Positions 25,907-37,772 of a stretch of 44,000 nt of DNA are shown one piece after another. The position numbers and the translations under genes were made by a program. The stretch covers positions 1 to 44,000 of the forward strand of contig JAKLZA010000247.1 in NCBI GenBank assembly GCA_030704615.1. The letters run 5' to 3'. The notes beneath the pieces are model-generated. The model ran no database searches, was not told where the DNA came from, and saw nothing but the letters and a program-made list of their open reading frames with translations. Origin of the DNA: Takakia lepidozioides. Lineage: Eukaryota > Plantae > Bryophyta. Position 1 is the stretch's first letter. Each line of letters opens with the position of its first letter.

Positions 25907-28900
25907 ATGGCTTCCTCTGAAGCGGAGTTCTTCTCAGACGACAAACCAGTGCCGTTCTCCCAGGAAGTCCTTGACAATGGATTTGCAATTGTTCTGGAAC
26001 ATGTCTTGGCTACCCGTTTTCAGCTGCAGAATGGCTCCATCTTTTTGGAGAAAGAGGTTTACGATCTGAAAGGGAAGTTGGTGAAATATTCTTTCCAAAA
26101 CCGTGATGAGACGGCTCATATCAGCCAGTGGAGAGTGCGTCCTGGTCGATACAGAGTACTTGGAGAGCCTCGGCGAAAGTCCCTTGGGTCATATGTGACG
26201 CCCGGGACTGCTGCTTCGGTCGTTGAAGACAAGAGGGAGGTGGTGGTGAAAAAAGAACAGACTTCCTCCACTCCAATCGTTGAGCTTTCGGATTCTTCGA
26301 TGATGACATAAGTGAAATTCCAAATCCAGTCCTTCCTACTGTGGTTGCAGAAGCTGATGAAGAGATTTGTAGTGTCATTCCAAAATTGCGGGCGATGGGA
26401 GGAATGGCTGGATTCAAAAGTGAGTTGCGGGGAATTGATTGGGAATCTTTGAAGCAGGTGCCTGTGAAGTTCTTGCCGGAGACTTTTGATGGCGATATCC
26501 TATTCGAGCTGCCTCCTCCTCCGCGAGTTGGAGGGGTGTAACAATCATGATGCATGGAATGGACAAGAAACACGACGGGCACCCGTGGTGCCAGAACAAA
26601 AACATCCAATATTCAGAATGATGACAAGCTTGTTTTCAGGAGGACAGTTTGCAATGGACACCTTAGGTGTGATAATTTGAATTGCAGACACTTTCTTCAG
26701 TCTGGAGTTCATAATCAAAGCGAATGGGAGGGTCTGGCGGAGAATCCATTTCAGCCTGGGACTGCCCCTCCACGGCAAACACTTTCGTCTGCAAATTCTG
26801 CAAACTTGTGCCATCCTGCTTGGCGCTCTGCGGAGCAAGAATGTACTATGTTGTCCACCGTTTGAATACAATGACGAGAGCTTGTGTGCATTTTGGATTC
26901 CATAACCATCCTGTCTCGAAGGGGGATTACAGGGAGAGTGTTGAGACAGTATCGAGGTTGATCAAACAGGAGTTCGGGAGAAACCCATCCGCAACAACAT
27001 CTGCAATTGCTCTTGGCGCAAGCAAGTCCTTCTTGGAAAGCCATATTTTGAGTGAAGGAGATTCTGTGGGGACTAAACTTGACGGTGCAGCATTGGACCT
27101 GGTCATGGATCATTTCTCCACTTTAAGTTCACCTAACATTCGGCATCAGATCAATGCATTGAGAATGGGCTCTGGGATCAGAGGCTACATAGACAATATT
27201 TTGGAATTGAAACGACTGAGCAAGTACGATTACATCCAGGACAATGTATTCCCAGGTCAAGGTGCCATCAAAGTTTTTCTTTTCAAAATGTCGACTGTTG
27301 GGGAGGGCAGTGGGGTTAGCCTCGTGAAGCGGATGCAGAAGACTGGGGACTTGCAGAACTGTTTCTTATGTTTGATCATGTGAAACGAGTGAAGGATTGG
27401 ACGACAATGGCTTGTCATGTCTACGATCCAGTGTACCAACGAGTTATGACAATTGCAGTTTGTGACATGCAATCCGAGGATACGGAATCCCAGAAGCTCA
27501 TGTGGAATTCCCTGATACGTGTCATGGGCTGCCATGGGCTGCCATCTCCAAATTTCGCAGGTTTCATGGCGGATAGTGCTCAAGCAAATTTCAATGCTAT
27601 TCGTTGTCTTCGGATCGGGCGACCCAAAAGTGCCTATGCCAGGAAGAGAGCGTACATGTCTATTCCATTGGACACAATCTCTGGAAAAACATACAAAGTC
27701 GGACATCAAACCAGAGATGCAGACTCAGCACCGTAAATTGTGCAAAGAGTACAAAGATGCTAGAACAATGAAGGAGGCGGACACTTTGTTCCAGACAATT
27801 CGTGCCTGGTGGTTCTCTTCTGGAGCTGCATCACTTGAGAGTATGAGAGCATTGGAAGATTGGCTGGCGTTTTGGCACTTCCGGTATAGACAGTGGGAGC
27901 AGCCATGACAATGGTACGAGGCTTCTATTTCATGCTTTATTCATACATTTGCTTTCCATATTTTTGACTCATTGCTTTCTTTATGTTTTCCTGTGCACTA
28001 TTCTGAAGTGTGGTTATCCTCTTTGCAGAACATGTCCATTGAGGAAATGGCAGACATGCCATCTTGCAATTTGGCAGAAACTGTGCACAATGCATGGTTG
28101 CAGCAGTCTGGGAAACGAGGTCGGGATTTGTATGTGGCAACAACAGATGATTTGATACGTGCCTTGCAACAACAAACCCGATACCGTGATTTCTTACGAG
28201 GTGGGGTTGGTGGCAAGGGTCCGGACAAATCGGAGTTGATGTTGCGTGCTGCAAACAGATCTGGGGATCCAATCAAGATAGCACGGGCGGTGAGCATGTA
28301 TGCCCAGGGAACGCCACTTGTTTCTAGAGTTCCACATCTTGAAGGGGAGGAGAGATTCGGCTCCTGTAAGAGGAAATTGAACACTCCACCTGGTTCGGAT
28401 TCAGATTCCCACAGGGCAGACCGTGATAACTTCTCGAAGCCTCGTGTTCCCCTGCATGACAGCTCCGTGTCCGGAACCTCCATTGTGGAGGAACCTCCAA
28501 CACGACGGCAAGCTCCAGCATCAAACCGTGCCACTGAAATGGTGCAGGAGAGAAACAACCCCCTTGATGTGCTTGAGTCCGCATGCCCCGACCACGTTTG
28601 GCACATAGAACGCACAAGTGTCGGGTCTCGTGTGAAATGTACAGCGATCAGGGCAACTAATTTCGAGAAGTGCACTTCATCTATATCCAGAGGTGGTGCC
28701 CGAACTCCTGCTCCGACTTTCACGGGCTTGATGCGTCCATACGGTCAACCAGAAGCCAAGAACCACAAGTTCTGGTTCTGCGCAGATGATTGTGCCAGAT
28801 GTGTGCATGGAACTGTGCGTCCTTCCGTAGTGATGAAGCCATCTCCTCCAACCGTTTGGCCCGTGAAGGTGGGAACACATCTCAGCTTTCAGGAGATTGA

Positions 28901-28980
28901 AATGCTGGAGGAGGCAGGTTTTTCCCTTGCGAGACAACCCCAACTCCATGCATGTGCTACTACTTCTGCGTCCTCCCGGG
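25907..28980 (+). pseudogene. Family A transposase copy 2, interrupted before the SWIM domain
   Basis: MFDHVKR, FMADSAQA, CLFHW, NLAETVH present; homology with copy 1 stops at 28980. Confidence 0.82.
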
Positions 28981-28981
28981 G

Positions 28982-29031
28982 GGGGCTGCTATTTCATGAG
29001 CCATGAGCCATGAGCGGCATGAGCCATGAGC
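28982..29031 (+). repeat. Family B left TIR with tandem CATGAGC subterminal repeats
   Basis: ggggctgctattt catgagc catgagc catgagc gg catgagc catgagc. Confidence 0.85.
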
Positions 29032-29488
29032 AGAGTCGTAAGTGTGGAAAAAAAACATGAGCAGCACTATTTTCCGGAAATGAGTGTCCGCGGGAATAGG
29101 GTTTAGGTGGCCACGGTCATAGGGGGAGAAGGACCTCCCGATGAAGGAGGTTCGGCAATGTTATTTAGAATTATATATTGAAAGGCAATGTTTCGCGAAT
29201 GGTAGGGTGGTACTGCTCTGTACAATGGGGGCCCATTTCAGCCTACCAGCCATTTGCAAAATTCACCCACACTCCCAATCCCAAACGAAATGAGCAATGA
29301 CGCATTCTCGGAACGATGGACACAGAATAGAATAAAAAGAGGGCACAATGAGGTTTTTTTGATCCACATAATTGCATTTGAAGCACGTCTACTGTGCTGA
29401 TTGTGCCATCAAATCTTGAGCCCTGTGCCTACTGAATACAAGTCACGTTGTCAATGGACTTCGACTGCTCTCAGAACTAGCTCATGAG

Positions 29489-30244
29489 TCATGGGGCTCC
29501 TCCATGTAAAGTCGATTGCAGCCGTTGTACCGCCCTAGTGATGTTCACCACAATGTCCTGCCCTTCAATCATACCACCATCGAATATGGAAATCTTCACG
29601 TTTTCGTCGTCCACACCAATGCGAATGTCCCCATACAATGGAGAAGAGGAGCGCACTCCTCGAGGAGAATAGGTCTCTCCGATGGAGTCCACCCACGTCC
29701 AGTGGCAGCAGTTCCACCGCAACAGCATAGCAGTGCGCCTTCTTCTGCATGGGTGACCGTCGTAACTGGGAAAATCGGAATCGAGGATGCGCAGGAGCCA
29801 CGGACTCCTCAGACCAAGATCGTCACCCCGCTCGAAGGCGTAGTGGCCTACGATATACTCAAAAGCCACCAATGTTTCCACAATCGAACCAGTATCTTCT
29901 GTGTAATCTGTGTACCAGATAACAATGTCTCCCGATGTGGCCGAATACATTGCATAATCGATGCCTCCAAAGGGGCAGTCGTCCCGGTTCCGGAAGCACG
30001 GCATCCTTGCAAAGGAGGACCTGAGGACGACTTGGATGCCGATGACCTTGCGGACAGCTACGAAGCCCTTAGATTTTGGAAATGATACGAAGCGGAAGAG
30101 CAGTCCGGCCTCCAATAATGGAGCATCTGGGTCACACGTACCCACCGACGGAGGTGGAACGTGTTCATCACGGCAGCGGTGGATGAAGCCATACATCTTT
30201 CTCATCAACAAGTTTATAGTTTGAGATCTGCCACCGAAGTCCAT
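29489..30244 (-). CDS. Hypothetical protein, 251 aa (family B cargo, paralog 1)
   Basis: Intact ATG-to-stop ORF; protein-level similarity to 30433-31162 supports coding status. Confidence 0.7.
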   Translation of the reverse strand: MDFGGRSQTINLLMRKMYGFIHRCRDEHVPPPSVGTCDPDAPLLEAGLLFRFVSFPKSKGFVAVRKVIGIQVVLRSSFARMPCFRNRDDCPFGGIDYAMYSATSGDIVIWYTDYTEDTGSIVETLVAFEYIVGHYAFERGDDLGLRSPWLLRILDSDFPSYDGHPCRRRRTAMLLRWNCCHWTWVDSIGETYSPRGVRSSSPLYGDIRIGVDDENVKISIFDGGMIEGQDIVVNITRAVQRLQSTLHGGAP

Positions 30245-30432
30245 CCCCCCGGATGGAAATTCGGCGCCGCATTTACATCGAAGAGGGGATGGACTTCGTC
30301 GTGTCCAGTGGCTATCGGCCCACCTGGCAGTGACTGCCCATAGTTTGCATGGCAGGGTAGGAAACAGAAACGGCTACATTCATGCAGCAGCCAATCTTCA
30401 TCGGTCCAGGATCCTGTAGGGGGGAAATTTAA

Positions 30433-31162
30433 ATGTGCCCTGGAGTGTTTGTGAGGAATTGCAGCGTTAGCTTGAACTTTTTCCAGCCACCGCGCTGCTC
30501 CTCCTCCATCCGGGAGCTGCTGTCATTGAGCGTACTCCGCTACTCTTTTTCAAGGATGCCGTGCCGCCGAAATCCAGCCGACTGCCCTTATCATGGCCAC
30601 GATTATGCTATGTTCAAACCAGAATCAGGAGACATCATTGTCTGGCTCTCTGTTTTCACAGATGCTGCTGGAATCAAGCAAGAGTCTTTGCGCGCAATGA
30701 GTATCTGGGGGCTATTACCGCTTTGAGCGAGGTGAGGGCGAGGGTCAATGCGGTCCGTGGGTCCTGAAAATTGTTGACCTCGATATACCAAGCTGGAAAG
30801 GGATGCCGGACAGATCACGCACGGCCTCGCTTTGGCGCTGGAACTGCTGCCAGTGGACCAGGGAGGACGGCACCGGGGAAAACTATATACGTGCAGATCA
30901 CTCCGCTCTTCCAGTGTATGGAGACATTCGGCTGCGTTGCGAAGACGAATCGCACGGGCACATGAGGCCCACAGTGACCTTGTCAATGTATGATGGTGGT
31001 ATCATTGATGATGGACATGACATTGTCGTCGGCTCCAGCAAGGGCAGCAGAACGACCGAATTGCAGTTTACCTCGAGGTGCCGCAGCAGTGATGAGCTTG
31101 TTTTGAGGGGTATCGAGTTCCGTCGACTTGGTGAAGCCCATGTAGAAGGAGGAAGGGCTTAG
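30433..31162 (+). CDS. Hypothetical protein (family B cargo, paralog 2; two 1-bp frameshifts near 30695-30712)
   Basis: SFSRMPCRRNPADCPYHGHDYAM...SGDIIVW; RFERG...PWVLKIVD.DIPS; RWNCCQWT...PVYGDIR...YDGGII...DIVV align collinearly with paralog 1. Start codon uncertain. Confidence 0.65.
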
Positions 31163-31392
31163 TTTTGTCTGCAGTTGGTAAATGTGAGACATCGTGTCCG
31201 ATCAATAAACCCATCGTACCTCACTTCTGTATGATTGTGTTTCATTGTGTTGAATAACTGTCGGAATTGGCCCACTGTTTACAATTTGATGTCTCATTTC
31301 TACAATGTGTCTGTCCGGATGAATATAGCAGAGAGTAACCGTATGTGAGTCATTGTGTCAAGAATATACCAGAGTAACGCCATGTCGGACAT

Positions 31393-32082
31393 TGAAATGC
31401 GGCACCGCATTTCCATGTGCCGACAAGAAATGCGGGCATCATTTCGTCCAGGTACACGAAATACCAACACGGGTCTATAAATTGATCAGAAAACGAGGTT
31501 GGCATTGCAAATGCGGCGACGCATTTCCAGCTTGGCAATGGAAACTTCCTTTTGGACAAGGGAATGCGGTGCCGCATTTCCGTACAACACTTCGAAAAGT
31601 GTGACATTTCCGACCAGCGCGATGGAATGCGTTACCGCATTTCCGAGAGAGGGTCTGCAAATGGACAAATTGCGAGTCCGTTCTGGAAATGCGGCGCCGC
31701 ATTTCCATGTCCGTCATCGACTTTTTTTTACAATGGAATGCGGTGCCAATTTTTGCTGATGGGCCTGCAGTTCGAACAACGACCATCCCCAATACTGAAA
31801 TGCGGCACCGCATTTTCAATTCCGCCATCTCGACCTCCTTGTTCGACCTCTTGTTCGACCTCTGTAAGCGTGGTGGCATCCATGCAATGAGCGGGAGAGG
31901 CCAAAACTGGGTGGACAAAGGAAATTTTGGAAATGCGGCACCGCATTTCCAATTCGATTACTTTTTACTATGCCAACATTGAAATGGAAATTTAGTCCCT
32001 CCCCTGTTTTGGAAATGCGGTGCGCATTTCCAAAAGAGGTTCTTAGAGTTGCCCTGTTTTGGAAATGCGGTGCCCCATTTCT
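31393..32082. repeat. Dispersed cluster (~11 copies) of the palindrome GGAAATGCGG(CG/TG/CA)CCGCATTTCC
   Basis: Copies near 31394, 31427, 31508, 31561, 31623, 31685, 31735, 31797, 31929, 32011, 32061, downstream of the ParB-MTase gene. Confidence 0.88.
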
Positions 32083-32217
32083 GATTTGGGGAGCGTCGTG
32101 GTTTGGGCGATTGTGTGGCTGGAATGCACACTGGAGAGGGGTCACGAATGTCGGGCAGAATTTCCTTTATATACTCTGGAAGAGAATTTACATTTACAGA
32201 GATTCATTAAAATTCTA

Positions 32218-35200
32218 TTAATCTTGAAAATCATCCGAATCCTCATCCTGTTCTAGACTGTCCTGCTCATCCTCCACCCCCTCAGTGCCTCTCTCATCTC
32301 CAGCGGACTGCTCGTTGGCCAGGCTTTCGAAAATCCCATCTTCCCCTTGCGGAACTGTCCATCTCACCTCCGTTGGGTCGTCTTCCTCCCTGTCTGCGTC
32401 GCTCTCATCCGCTGAATCACATATGTACTTTCGTACCCGTCTACCTGTCTGAGCTGCTGCCAACTCTTTCCTTATCCTTCTGTCCTCCCTAGCCCTCTCC
32501 AAAATCTGCTCTACTTTACTGGGATTCTCACTTCTTCTAATCGCTGTATTTGCGAGTTTAGCTGCATAACTAGGAAGGGAGTAGTCCCTCACCGGGCTCG
32601 TCATGAATCGGCCCTCGCAAAGAACGGGACATTCTTCCTGGCAGGAAGTGTAGGCCCTACATGTTTCGACCCGGACCCTGCAATCCTGCACATGACAATC
32701 ATCAACGAGACTAATGAGAACCACAGTCGGGAAATTCGTTTGACATAAATGACCCAGAAGGCTTTGCAAACTTACAATGTTTGCACTCACTCGTATTCCG
32801 GGTTCTCCTCCGCATCAATGTCCACTGTGTCTTCCTCGGACTCCGACGAATCCGAGGAGACTTCCGCTCTGTCGGGAGCCTTCACATTCCGTTGCAGCCC
32901 CTCCAGATGGGATCCCCACACGGATGAATCCTCCTCGTAGGCAAAGAGGTGCCGGTCGGAAAACCGCCCAGCCCACATTGAGGCACCTGTTACAATGCCA
33001 TCCACACATTACCACATGGCGCTTCAGATGTTGCGAACTACATCCTAACGAGAATTTGCAGAACAGCATAGATCAAGATTCTGCATACCTGTCCCACAGA
33101 TGAGGTCGAGCACTGTGCCCTCCACGTCTGTGCATGTCTCCATAATTGTCTGAATGAAGGCAGGGCTCCGAGTCCGTGAGTACCGCAGGGGTTCCGTTGA
33201 AGTGAGGCTATGAGGGAGAAGTTCCTTGGGAACGTTGTTGAACAGAACGTCGTAATCGAGTGGGTCGCAGTTCGGGTCAACCTTTCCTCCCTCCTTCCGG
33301 AAAGCAAAGGTGGAGTTCTCCTTCACAAAGCAGTATGCATCGAACTGCTTCGTCTGCATACACAGGGGGAAAACGATTAGAAACCGAATGCGGCACCGCA
33401 TTTGAAAACACCCAAGCAAATGAATGGACGAGTGCCAGTGTCGTAATCACCTTCTTCCCTTCCGACCGAAGGCCCAGTGTGTTGATGCACGTCCACTTCT
33501 TTTTCAGAATCGGGACGGCGCTCTTGCGGGTCCACTTCGCAATTCCTGTCTGAGTGTTTTTTCCTCTGCTCGCCAGGACAACCACACAGCCTCTGTCGTC
33601 CAACACCATGCGGGCAAGCCCGAATCCTTTCTTCCAAAAGTCCTCCGAGTACCTGTTCCAAGATGGCAAAGCTTGCAGTCCTTCCACAGGCTCTCCGTCC
33701 GGAATATCCAAGATGATCATATCGCAAGACCACTCGGTGGCATTTCCGCCCCTCCTACAATCCTTGTCTGCACACACCCTCTCAAAGAACGAGACCATAT
33801 TCTGAAATCCTGGGGTGTCGGAAGGCTCTTCGGCAGTCGCCTTCTTCAGTGCTCTGCCCTTCAGACCCTCCATGGTCTTCAGGTATGCCAACTTGGCTGC
33901 CCGTCCATCCAAAGCCGCCAAGAAACTCTCATTTACACACTGGACTACAGTTTCGGGAGCCACTTTCGGCCTCTTCATTTCCACCGGCTCGAAAGGGTGC
34001 CCCCCTGGGGGGTTGAAGAGTGCCTTCTTTGCCGAGCCAGTTCTCGTGCCTCTCGTGACAACGGTGGGCACAGGGGAGGCAGCCTGCGTTTGGGGGGGTG
34101 GGCTGGTTGCAAAGTCTCCATCGGAGTCCTCTTCCTCACCCTCTTCCTGAACAGGCTGTTTCTGCTTCTTCGTTTTGGCGGGTGTCACAACAGCTGCTCC
34201 TTGCTGGCGAGTCCTCTTCTTCGACCCCTTCTGTTGGGCCTGCACAGCTGCATCCACCGTCTTTTGTGCCATCTCAGCTGCCTTTCTGGATTCTTCCAGA
34301 GCAGCAGATTCCTTTGCCGACTTTGGCCCAGCAGGGACACGTCTTTCCTTTCTCTTCTCTTCTGCCAAGGCGTGCAGATCTTTCTCAGACTCGTCAACAA
34401 TACCGCCAGACATGTCCAGGTACCACGGGCATCCAACGAGATGCGCGGGATGCCATTGTTTCTGCATCTCGGGTGTGTAGACACAGCTTGGGCCCGCCAC
34501 GGTCCAAGCCATGAAGAACGGGGGCTCTTGAGCCAGGGCCCCTGTCTGAAGGAGCACGTATTTCATATACCTGCAAGGCAGTCAGCATGCGTGAGCAAAA
34601 CTTGAGACCAACCTACTGGCAGAGTGCCACCGAAAACATAAAATGCGAATGCGGTGCCGCATTTCCGAGACAAACCTCGTAACCAGGCTTCGCATACAAG
34701 GGCAGCTGTGCTTCACCTGTAAACAATTCGCATTGCAGCTTTCCCCGCTCCCTCCTGATGTGTAAACTCCACGCTCCTTCTTGCTGTCTGTAGCTCTCTG
34801 GCGAAAAGGTTGTCCTTGTACGCACATCTGAAACGTGTCACGTAGTCTTCCAATGTCTGTGTTCCATCCCATTTGACGTACAAGCCGAACGAATTTGTGT
34901 GCATTACGACTTGCTCCTTTGCATTCGACATTACCTGCCATTCCCAAATGCATTGTCACGTAGCAGTTCAGGGAATTCATGTCAGAAAAGCAAATCTGGG
35001 GAAGTACCTTGAATTACCTGGAACCACCAAGTCATGCGGTTGAGCCACACATCCACTGCAGGGTCGGAAACTTCCAGTGGAAAAGACCACATTGTCCTTA
35101 TGCTCTCGGATGCATTCCAGATCGACAGCCACCGTGTCTGCCATTTCCGATCCAATGTCAGTGGCTGGAAGAGAGTGGCTATTGCTAGGAAGGAAATTCA

Positions 35201-37338
35201 GTGCATTGAAACCTCACCTTCTCTTTCGCCTCCACACATGCCGTTGAGAGGTGATGCAGTTTCTCCAATTGCATGGTCGGCTGCATGGCCCGAGAATAGT
35301 GTTTTGCAATCTCGGGGATGAAGTCCTTTCCAAGTGCCGGATCTGCAATTGCCACCAGCTTCACAAGCTTTGACTTGTATTTGGTTCTGGACTTGACACC
35401 GGCTTCCTTCAAGTGCTCAGTCAATGACTGCAACGTTTTGACCTGCCCCTCACTTTCCATGAAGAAGCGTTTGGCATGGGCCAAATCCAGCTTGATGTTT
35501 GACTGCCAACAAAAACATGCAGAAGCGTTACATTCGATTCATGTGGAAACATTACTGGAAATTGGGGAAGGATGAGCAGAGGGAAATTGGAGCACGACTT
35601 ACTTCGTATATCACCTCCACCATTCCATCCATAGTGAGACGATACCATGTCCGGTCTGTTTTTGCAACGGCTTTCTGAATGAGCTCCGGCTCCAGCATTT
35701 CCGCAAACATCTGCGGATCAGTAAGACCAGTTTTCCTCACCCTGTACAGCATATGTGCCATGTGGGTATGCACGTACGCATTCTCAGTGACCCTGCAAGG
35801 CACACTCTCCAGTTCAGTACACGGAAGCACGGAATCAAACCAGAATGGAAACCGAAATGCGGCACCGCATTTCGAACGTGCTAGGGAGGGTATGAGTATC
35901 TTACGAGTTGAGGTCCGCCATGGCATTCTTGAGAGGGAGGAGTCTGCCGCCTTCACCTTGAGGATGACACACTCCACCATGTAATGCCAGCCAATGTGCT
36001 TGGCATGGTTCTGCTTGATGTACTCCCACCAGGCGAGAAGTCGGTGATTCCCGTCCCACACAAAGAACATTTTCCCGACATATGGCCGAAGTCGGGATCA
36101 CCCTTCAGCGTCGCCTCGAATTCGTGGTTGCGAGTGTGCCAGTGGGTATCCCACGTTGACAATTCATCGGCAGTGGGTCCACGGTTTCGCCGTCCTCATT
36201 CTCTATGGAAACGTAAAACGCTGCCGATCCCAGACGGTACCCTTCTCGAAATGCGAACTTGAGCTTATCCACATCTCCGGGAAGGGCCTGCCTGACGATG
36301 GGAAGGGAGACCATGCGACAGAGTGGGATTCGAAGAGTCCGCTGGAATACCCTGCTGCCCAGAACTCTGCCAATGCTACTGTGTGTCTCCTCCAACATTT
36401 TATCCGCTGCACTTTTGAAATCCTCCGGAGACATGTCTGTAGGTGCCGGTAGTGGCTGAGCAGCTGGAGCATCCTCAACTGGAGCTGCACTCTGGGGCCT
36501 GTGTGCGGGCAATTCTGCCATTGCAGAGGCCTCCTCCGGGCCTGCTAGCTCATCGGTGGTGAGGTCTGCCTGCGAACGTTCAGCGGCAGCACCCTCCTCC
36601 GGTACCAAATCGAGATCAACGGTCGATCCCATTGCCTTCGCTGCAGCAGAGTCGGCCCCAACATCTGCAGGCGGGAAATCCTCCAGGAACTGAGCTTCAG
36701 CTCGTGGAAGCGGTTTTGCGGGAGATTGTTCGCCCGTCGCCCTGATTGCCTTCTGCTTCCTCATCCTTGCAGGTGAAGGTGTCTGCTGCAATTGAATCTG
36801 TCTTCTACCCTGCTGCTTCATTCGCGTTGGGGGGGGTGAATCGGCCTGAGCCGGTTCAGAAGCCAGTAGAGGGACGGGCTGCTTCTTCTTCGACTTTGCT
36901 GGAGAAGGGCCCGACCCCTGCTGGCGATTCTCCATGATCGAAGAACGCGAGTCGATCTCTGAGACTTTGAACTTGCCCTTCGAAGACGCGTCTTTGAATC
37001 GCAGAGGGCTAGGCCCGGCAGGAATACCCGCGCTCGGGGATCGGGTGGGTGTACGTGCTGCAGCTAGCTCCTCGGACTCTTCCTGCGGCTCTTCGGATTC
37101 CTGCGATCCCTCCAGCACGTCCACCTTTCCTGTTAGGCATGCAAACATGTTCTGCATTCAAGTCTCCTAGCATTCAGTCTAAGAATTACAGAAGCAAAAT
37201 GGGGGGTTCGGTGCTCGATCAGCTGCGCGCAGCCCGATCGCATGGAGCTCTCACTGGTGGCTGGGTTGCCTGAGTGGCCTGCTGCTCGGAGATGGCAATC
37301 TCCTCCTGTAGACGCATCTGCTTCCTCCCCTTCGGCAT
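32218..37338 (-). CDS. Multi-exon ParB-like + beta-class DNA amino-methyltransferase-like fusion (family B; few frameshifts; 5' and 3' exons tentative)
   Basis: IPLCRMVSLPIVR...GYRLGSAAFYVS, FFVWDGNHRLLAW (DGNHR at 36041-36055), SCDMIILDIPDG...ARMVLDDRGCVVVL. Spliced C-terminus RTRSPAFIQTIMETCTDVEGTVLDLICGTG|ASMWAGRFSDRHLFAYEED. Homologous to, and sharing intron sites with, the family A gene. Confidence 0.75.
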
Positions 37339-37772
37339 TGGCCTACGTCCGAAGTATAATTTCCGGAGCTTGCGACGAGGTCTCCTGTCTGGTGCACGAA
37401 CTCCCCCCTCTCAGGTTCGAGCATAAGAAGAACAGAGAGAGGGAAAAGGGGCAAAGAGTGCAGATGGAAAGGGCGCGAGAGGGGTGACTGAGGAGACACG
37501 ACAAAAGTAGATGAAACGGCGGTGATGCACCACTTGGGTTCGAAAGGTTGGACGAAAGTGTCTCCTCGTGGAGTTTGCGTCATTACGAAATTCGAATCGT
37601 TGAGGGTACGCCTGCCGTCCGAAAATCAAACATCATTATCCAACGGTCAGGCCGCGCCGCCTCATGCCCCTTCAGTCAGATAGAGTGCCGACATGTGCAG
37701 CAATTCCGTTGCTCCACGTGTTCACATTTCAAGGCATTTCCGTCCCAGCGTCTGATGAGTTGGAGCGAGAAT

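Larger units (their letters stand above)
18739..28980 (+). mobile_element. Family A Mutator-like transposon, copy 2 (left end present; interrupted by family B insertion)
   Basis: Starts CAGGGATGCCTCGGCGTGAGC. Near-identical to copy 1 until ...ctcccggg (28980), where the family B TIR starts. Confidence 0.87.

Noticed and set aside
1-28980. 19.5-kb-period tandem segmental duplication
   Set aside because: Only element-internal sequence is repeated and it is bounded by TIR-like ends. The intervening Gypsy/PPR region is not repeated within the window.
33424-34605. 393-aa plus-strand ORF and other long antisense ORFs (8547-9167, 27998-28723, 42237-42914)
   Set aside because: They are shadows of the true opposite-strand exons, with no motifs and no conservation between families.
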